From: Candidatus Poribacteria bacterium | Lineage (GTDB): Bacteria; Poribacteria; WGA-4E; PCPOR2b | Direction: 5' to 3' | DNA: 64,000 nt | Assembly: GCA_965208675.1 (NCBI GenBank) | Contig: OZ242351.1 | Coordinates: forward strand, 960,001 to 1,024,000 | Shown here: one piece after another, positions 60,151 to 64,000 of the stretch | Numbering within the stretch: the stretch's first letter is position 1 | Layout of the letters: the number at the start of each line of letters is the position of its first letter | Program-made: the position numbers and the translations under genes | The notes under the pieces: generated by a model | The model's input: the letters and a program-made list of their open reading frames with translations, nothing else | Told to the model about the DNA's origin: nothing | Databases searched by the model: none

Positions 60151-63100
60151 ATGCGTACGCTAATTACGTTTTTTCTTACCGGTATTTTAAGTTTGTCTGG
60201 CATCCCCTATCCAAACCCATTTCATGCGCAGTCGGAAATGAAAGTTGATAACTCTCACCGTAAACATGGTGAGGTATCTGCCTCACAATTTCCTGTTAAT
60301 TTACATTCTGCCTCCGAACAGGTCATCAGTTATGACGATGTCTACGGTATTGAGATAACACTGCCATTTAATGGAGATGTAGCAGTTAGCGCATTAGAAG
60401 GCAATCGAATCGTAATAAAACTCGATAAGCAAGCGATTGGGATTAATGAAGAGATAGTCCAAAGGTATCTTGATGCCGTCAAGCTGGGAATTTCTAGGGT
60501 AGAGGACACCGTGCAAATTACACCTCAACTCCCGGACAGATTCGAAACCGAAGCGAAATTGACGCGCATTAACTGTCTAATCGAAGTTCCGCCCGACATC
60601 GCGGTAAAAATCAATACTTCGAACGGCAACGTTCGTATTGGCGGACTCCGGGGCGTTTTGAACATCGCGGCAAATGTCGGCGATATTCAGTTCAGCGAGA
60701 CAATGGGACAATACCAAGTGGCTTTAACCGAAGGACGCATTTACGGCCATATTTTTTTGACGAAGGGTAAAAACTCCTTTGAAACACAGTCAGGATCCAT
60801 TGATCTCACCATCTTGGATTCAGTCGCAGCGCCAATGGATTTCACGGCAGTTAACGGCGGAATTCGACTACGCTTACCGCAAAATTTTCCGGCTGACGTG
60901 GAAATTAACAATGATAAACGCGATCGACGTACAATTTTCATTGAGGTGCCAGCAGAGATTGACCATTCCCTTACCGGTGATGTCCTGCATGGTGCGATCA
61001 ACGGCGGCGGTCCGTTAATACGGTTGCACGCTAGCGAACAGGTTGCGGTTTTAGCGCGTGAATCTCCGCTTCCAGATCGGACGGAGGCCGGTGAAGACAA
61101 CCTACCTAGCAATGAATTAGCGCTTGACGACAACGACAGCGCCACAGTTCCAATTGTGGCGCTGTCCAAAACTGAAGTCCCCCCAACAATTGACGGCAAT
61201 CTGTTTGAGAAAACTTGGTCGAACGCTGAATCACTGCACGGCTTTTACGAAGCGGATGGAATTCACTCGGCGCGGGATCCGACCCAAGTGTTTCTGATGT
61301 GCGACGAACAATTCTTTTACATCGGCGTGCGAGCTTACGACTCACAGATGGCGGAGGTGCGCGTTTCTCAAAGGACTAGAGACTCGGCAGTAGGGACTGA
61401 CGACTCCATTGAAATACTTTTGGATCCGAATCCACAGACACACCGTTACTATCACCTCATTGTTAATCCCATCGGGGCAATCCTCGATCAGATTGTGCAA
61501 TCCGACTATCCCCCTGATGCTCGGATTTCATCGACAGCGGGCGGGACGAATCGCACTGAGTTATCGTGGTCGAATGGAGTTGTCGATTTGCGTTGGGATG
61601 CGAATGCTAACATCAAGACCCAAATCTCTTCGACCTTTTGGAGTGTGGAAATTGCTCTACCCCTCGCTTCACTTGAATCCGCTGCATCGGACCAATGGAG
61701 ACTAAATGTACTACGCAAAGTCCACCGCCATGATGAGTGTAGTTATTGGTCGCCGACTTACGATGTAGACAGCCCTTGGTGGCCGCATTGGCGGGAACGG
61801 ATGGGAATATTGAATCTAGTCTCAGCCCAATCCTCTCAAAACACGGCAGAACACGAACTTGAAGAAAAGTTCGAGATTGCCGGAGTTGAGGTTCACGGAA
61901 ACGCCGAGATTTCGACGCCCGAAATCCTGCATCTGCTCCCCTTTAAACGAGGCGATGTTGTCACTGCCAGCGAACTATCTTGGATGACGGCAGAACTTGA
62001 AATCCACGACTGGTTTCTTCAGGTACATCTGGAAACCTCAGATGCGCCTTCGGATGGTGATGAAACGCAACTCGATCCGCAAATCAATTTGGAGCCAATT
62101 GTTTTCGAAGTGGTAATTTCCATTCGTGTGACAGAGATGCCGACGCGGTATGTTCAATTAGTCAGCCTGCACAACAATGAATTTCTACAATCAAACGTGC
62201 TGCGCGCGTTATTTGGATTAAAAAACGGGCGCACTTCAATCGAAGAATTAGAAACTAAATGTCAATTAATCGCAACACTTTATAGAAATAGCGGCTACCA
62301 ACTCGCATGGACCAATTACCGGTTTGTTGGAGACAATTTGCAAATTGACATTGATGAGGGACGTCTAGACGAGATTCGCTTCGTAGGAAACCGACGTATC
62401 CAAACCGACGTGCTGATTGATGAATTTGAATTCAAACAGGGCGAAATTTATAACGAAACACGTTGCCAATCGCTTATTGATGAACTGGATGCAACGCTTA
62501 AAACTAACAGATCCTATGTGTCGGCGGTTAAACAATGGCAGGTGAAACACTATGAAGAGGCAAATGCGGTAAAGAATGTGCTGGAGATAGAAGTTGAAGA
62601 ACGGACCATCGTCAATTGGGACTTGCTGCCGGTTGCAGATTTTAATCGTGTTCATGGGGTAATTCTGGGAGGGGGAGGCGAGGTTCAGACGAAGGACTAT
62701 GGGGGTGGACGAGTCTTCGGAAATCTTAGTTACGGACTATCGAGCGAAACCTTGAATTTTCACTTAGGTGCAGAAAAACGCTGGTTTGACCGTCATACCA
62801 TCCGTGCCGGCGGAAGGATTCACAAACTGACGGAAACGATCCACGGCATGACGCTATCCGAAAGCGAAGAGCTACTCGCGGCATTAGTGGTTGGCGATGC
62901 TTACATGGATTATTACTTGCGGCGGGGTTATCAGGCTTGGTTAAAGGGCGAATTGACGCCTTCCGCAAGCATAATGCTCAGATTTGACGACGAAAGACAG
63001 GAGATCCTTTTTACTTCGACGGATTGGAGTCTGTTCAATGGGAAAACACCCAAAAAAAGCAATCTCCGGATAAATGAAGGGCATCTCCGAAGTTTCTCGG

Positions 63101-63702
63101 CGTCTTTTGACTTCGATTCCCGCGATCATAAGTCGCATCTCAGCCGCCATTTTCAACAGTATCCTACACCCAACACCCGAACTACCCGCGGTTGGCAGGG
63201 AAATTTTGCTTTTGAATACGCCGGAAAACACCTTCAAACTGACTTCGATTTCACCCTATATCGCTTTAATCTAACTCGCTACAATAAATTCTCAAAAAAA
63301 CACTTTTTTGACTTCCGATTGGCAGGCGCCTTCTCAGATGCCCCGTTGCCGCGTCAGCGCCAATTCTATCTAGGCGGTCTTGGAACACTGCGCGGGTACG
63401 GCTTCAAGGAATTCGCCGGCGACAATATGCTGCTTTCGAATTTGGAATACCGCTACCGTCTGGCGCAGAGTAATCTCCTTGCTATTGCCGCGATGGCGTT
63501 CCTCGACACCGGATTCACCTGGCATTATCGTGAACGCATGATTCTGAATCGTTTCAACACATCGCTCGGCATTGGCTTGTCTCTCGGCTGGTTGAATTTG
63601 CCCGATACTGTTCAGATGGACACGGTTCGGATTGAGGTTGCACGTGCTATTCGTAAATCGCGAAACGTCAACTTCATTTTGCGCCTTTCACGGATGTACT
63701 GA
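60151..63702 (+). CDS. Large Omp85/BamA-TamA-family outer-membrane protein with DUF4097-like and CBM9-like N-terminal domains
   Basis: Signal peptide; 'INTSNGNV', 'ETQSGSID', 'TAVNGGI', 'GAINGGGP' beta-repeats; 'PTIDG...W', 'YIGVRAYD', 'DDSIEILLDP', 'WSVEIALP' CBM9-like; POTRA-like 'VEVHGN', 'IDEGRLDEIRFVGN', 'IEVEE'; barrel with LGGLGTLRGY, NLEYR, FLDTG and terminal aromatic (RMY). Confidence 0.8.
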   Translation: MRTLITFFLTGILSLSGIPYPNPFHAQSEMKVDNSHRKHGEVSASQFPVNLHSASEQVISYDDVYGIEITLPFNGDVAVSALEGNRIVIKLDKQAIGINEEIVQRYLDAVKLGISRVEDTVQITPQLPDRFETEAKLTRINCLIEVPPDIAVKINTSNGNVRIGGLRGVLNIAANVGDIQFSETMGQYQVALTEGRIYGHIFLTKGKNSFETQSGSIDLTILDSVAAPMDFTAVNGGIRLRLPQNFPADVEINNDKRDRRTIFIEVPAEIDHSLTGDVLHGAINGGGPLIRLHASEQVAVLARESPLPDRTEAGEDNLPSNELALDDNDSATVPIVALSKTEVPPTIDGNLFEKTWSNAESLHGFYEADGIHSARDPTQVFLMCDEQFFYIGVRAYDSQMAEVRVSQRTRDSAVGTDDSIEILLDPNPQTHRYYHLIVNPIGAILDQIVQSDYPPDARISSTAGGTNRTELSWSNGVVDLRWDANANIKTQISSTFWSVEIALPLASLESAASDQWRLNVLRKVHRHDECSYWSPTYDVDSPWWPHWRERMGILNLVSAQSSQNTAEHELEEKFEIAGVEVHGNAEISTPEILHLLPFKRGDVVTASELSWMTAELEIHDWFLQVHLETSDAPSDGDETQLDPQINLEPIVFEVVISIRVTEMPTRYVQLVSLHNNEFLQSNVLRALFGLKNGRTSIEELETKCQLIATLYRNSGYQLAWTNYRFVGDNLQIDIDEGRLDEIRFVGNRRIQTDVLIDEFEFKQGEIYNETRCQSLIDELDATLKTNRSYVSAVKQWQVKHYEEANAVKNVLEIEVEERTIVNWDLLPVADFNRVHGVILGGGGEVQTKDYGGGRVFGNLSYGLSSETLNFHLGAEKRWFDRHTIRAGGRIHKLTETIHGMTLSESEELLAALVVGDAYMDYYLRRGYQAWLKGELTPSASIMLRFDDERQEILFTSTDWSLFNGKTPKKSNLRINEGHLRSFSASFDFDSRDHKSHLSRHFQQYPTPNTRTTRGWQGNFAFEYAGKHLQTDFDFTLYRFNLTRYNKFSKKHFFDFRLAGAFSDAPLPRQRQFYLGGLGTLRGYGFKEFAGDNMLLSNLEYRYRLAQSNLLAIAAMAFLDTGFTWHYRERMILNRFNTSLGIGLSLGWLNLPDTVQMDTVRIEVARAIRKSRNVNFILRLSRMY

Positions 63703-64000
63703 AGCTGGGCTATAGCAAATTGATTCCGTGATGATTGCTGGACTGAATATCTGTTGATTGCATTTATGCGCCCTGCGTATTGGTTAAATAGCCCGTTATG
63801 ACTCATAATGAAACGATTTGAATAATACTTAACCCAATTCTCCCCACAAACAACCCTTCCCTTAACAAAGTGACACTTCTCTTTTATCAAATTGACACAT
63901 TTGTGTCTTTTTGAGACACATTTGTTTACAATCGCAGAACCTCGCATCTGGCAAGGATTTTCACGGTTGTAGTGTACCATTATTGCGATCGTGAGTAAAC

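Noticed and set aside
1-64000. Genome-wide UGA reassignment (code 4/25) to explain two in-frame TGAs
   Set aside because: Many clearly complete genes end in TGA at the expected position (pyrD, trpS, thrC, senA) and Trp is encoded by TGG.

Overview
Gene-dense bacterial chromosomal segment with about 50 CDS and no rRNA, tRNA, CRISPR array or transposase that I can recognise. A tandem array of six secreted LamG-fold proteins ending in a 'V-x-P-x-x-K-L-A-T-x-W-G-x-L-K' tail, plus paired PhyH dioxygenases, suggests Candidatus Poribacteria (inference). Housekeeping content: pyrK-pyrD-pyrB, purS, glmM-like mutase, yvcK, cca-M50 protease-trpS-scpA-scpB, two thrC-family genes, recD2, archease. Most notable observations: (1) a selenoneine cluster senA-senB in which senB carries an in-frame UGA at a position where I recall homologs having Cys, followed by a SECIS-like hairpin (candidate new selenoprotein or selenium-sensing switch), with egtD and a betaine/ergothioneine-type ABC importer about 50 kb away; (2) a eukaryote-type (NADSYN1/Qns1-like) glutamine-dependent NAD+ synthetase; (3) a 1183-aa Omp85 protein carrying adhesin-like and CBM9-like passenger domains; (4) the LamG array and its putative C-terminal sorting signal; (5) a GxxExxY gene associated with 44-bp inverted and 17-bp direct repeats; (6) a leader-peptide/terminator arrangement upstream of the second thrC-like gene. 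All family calls come from motif recognition by eye; no searches were run.
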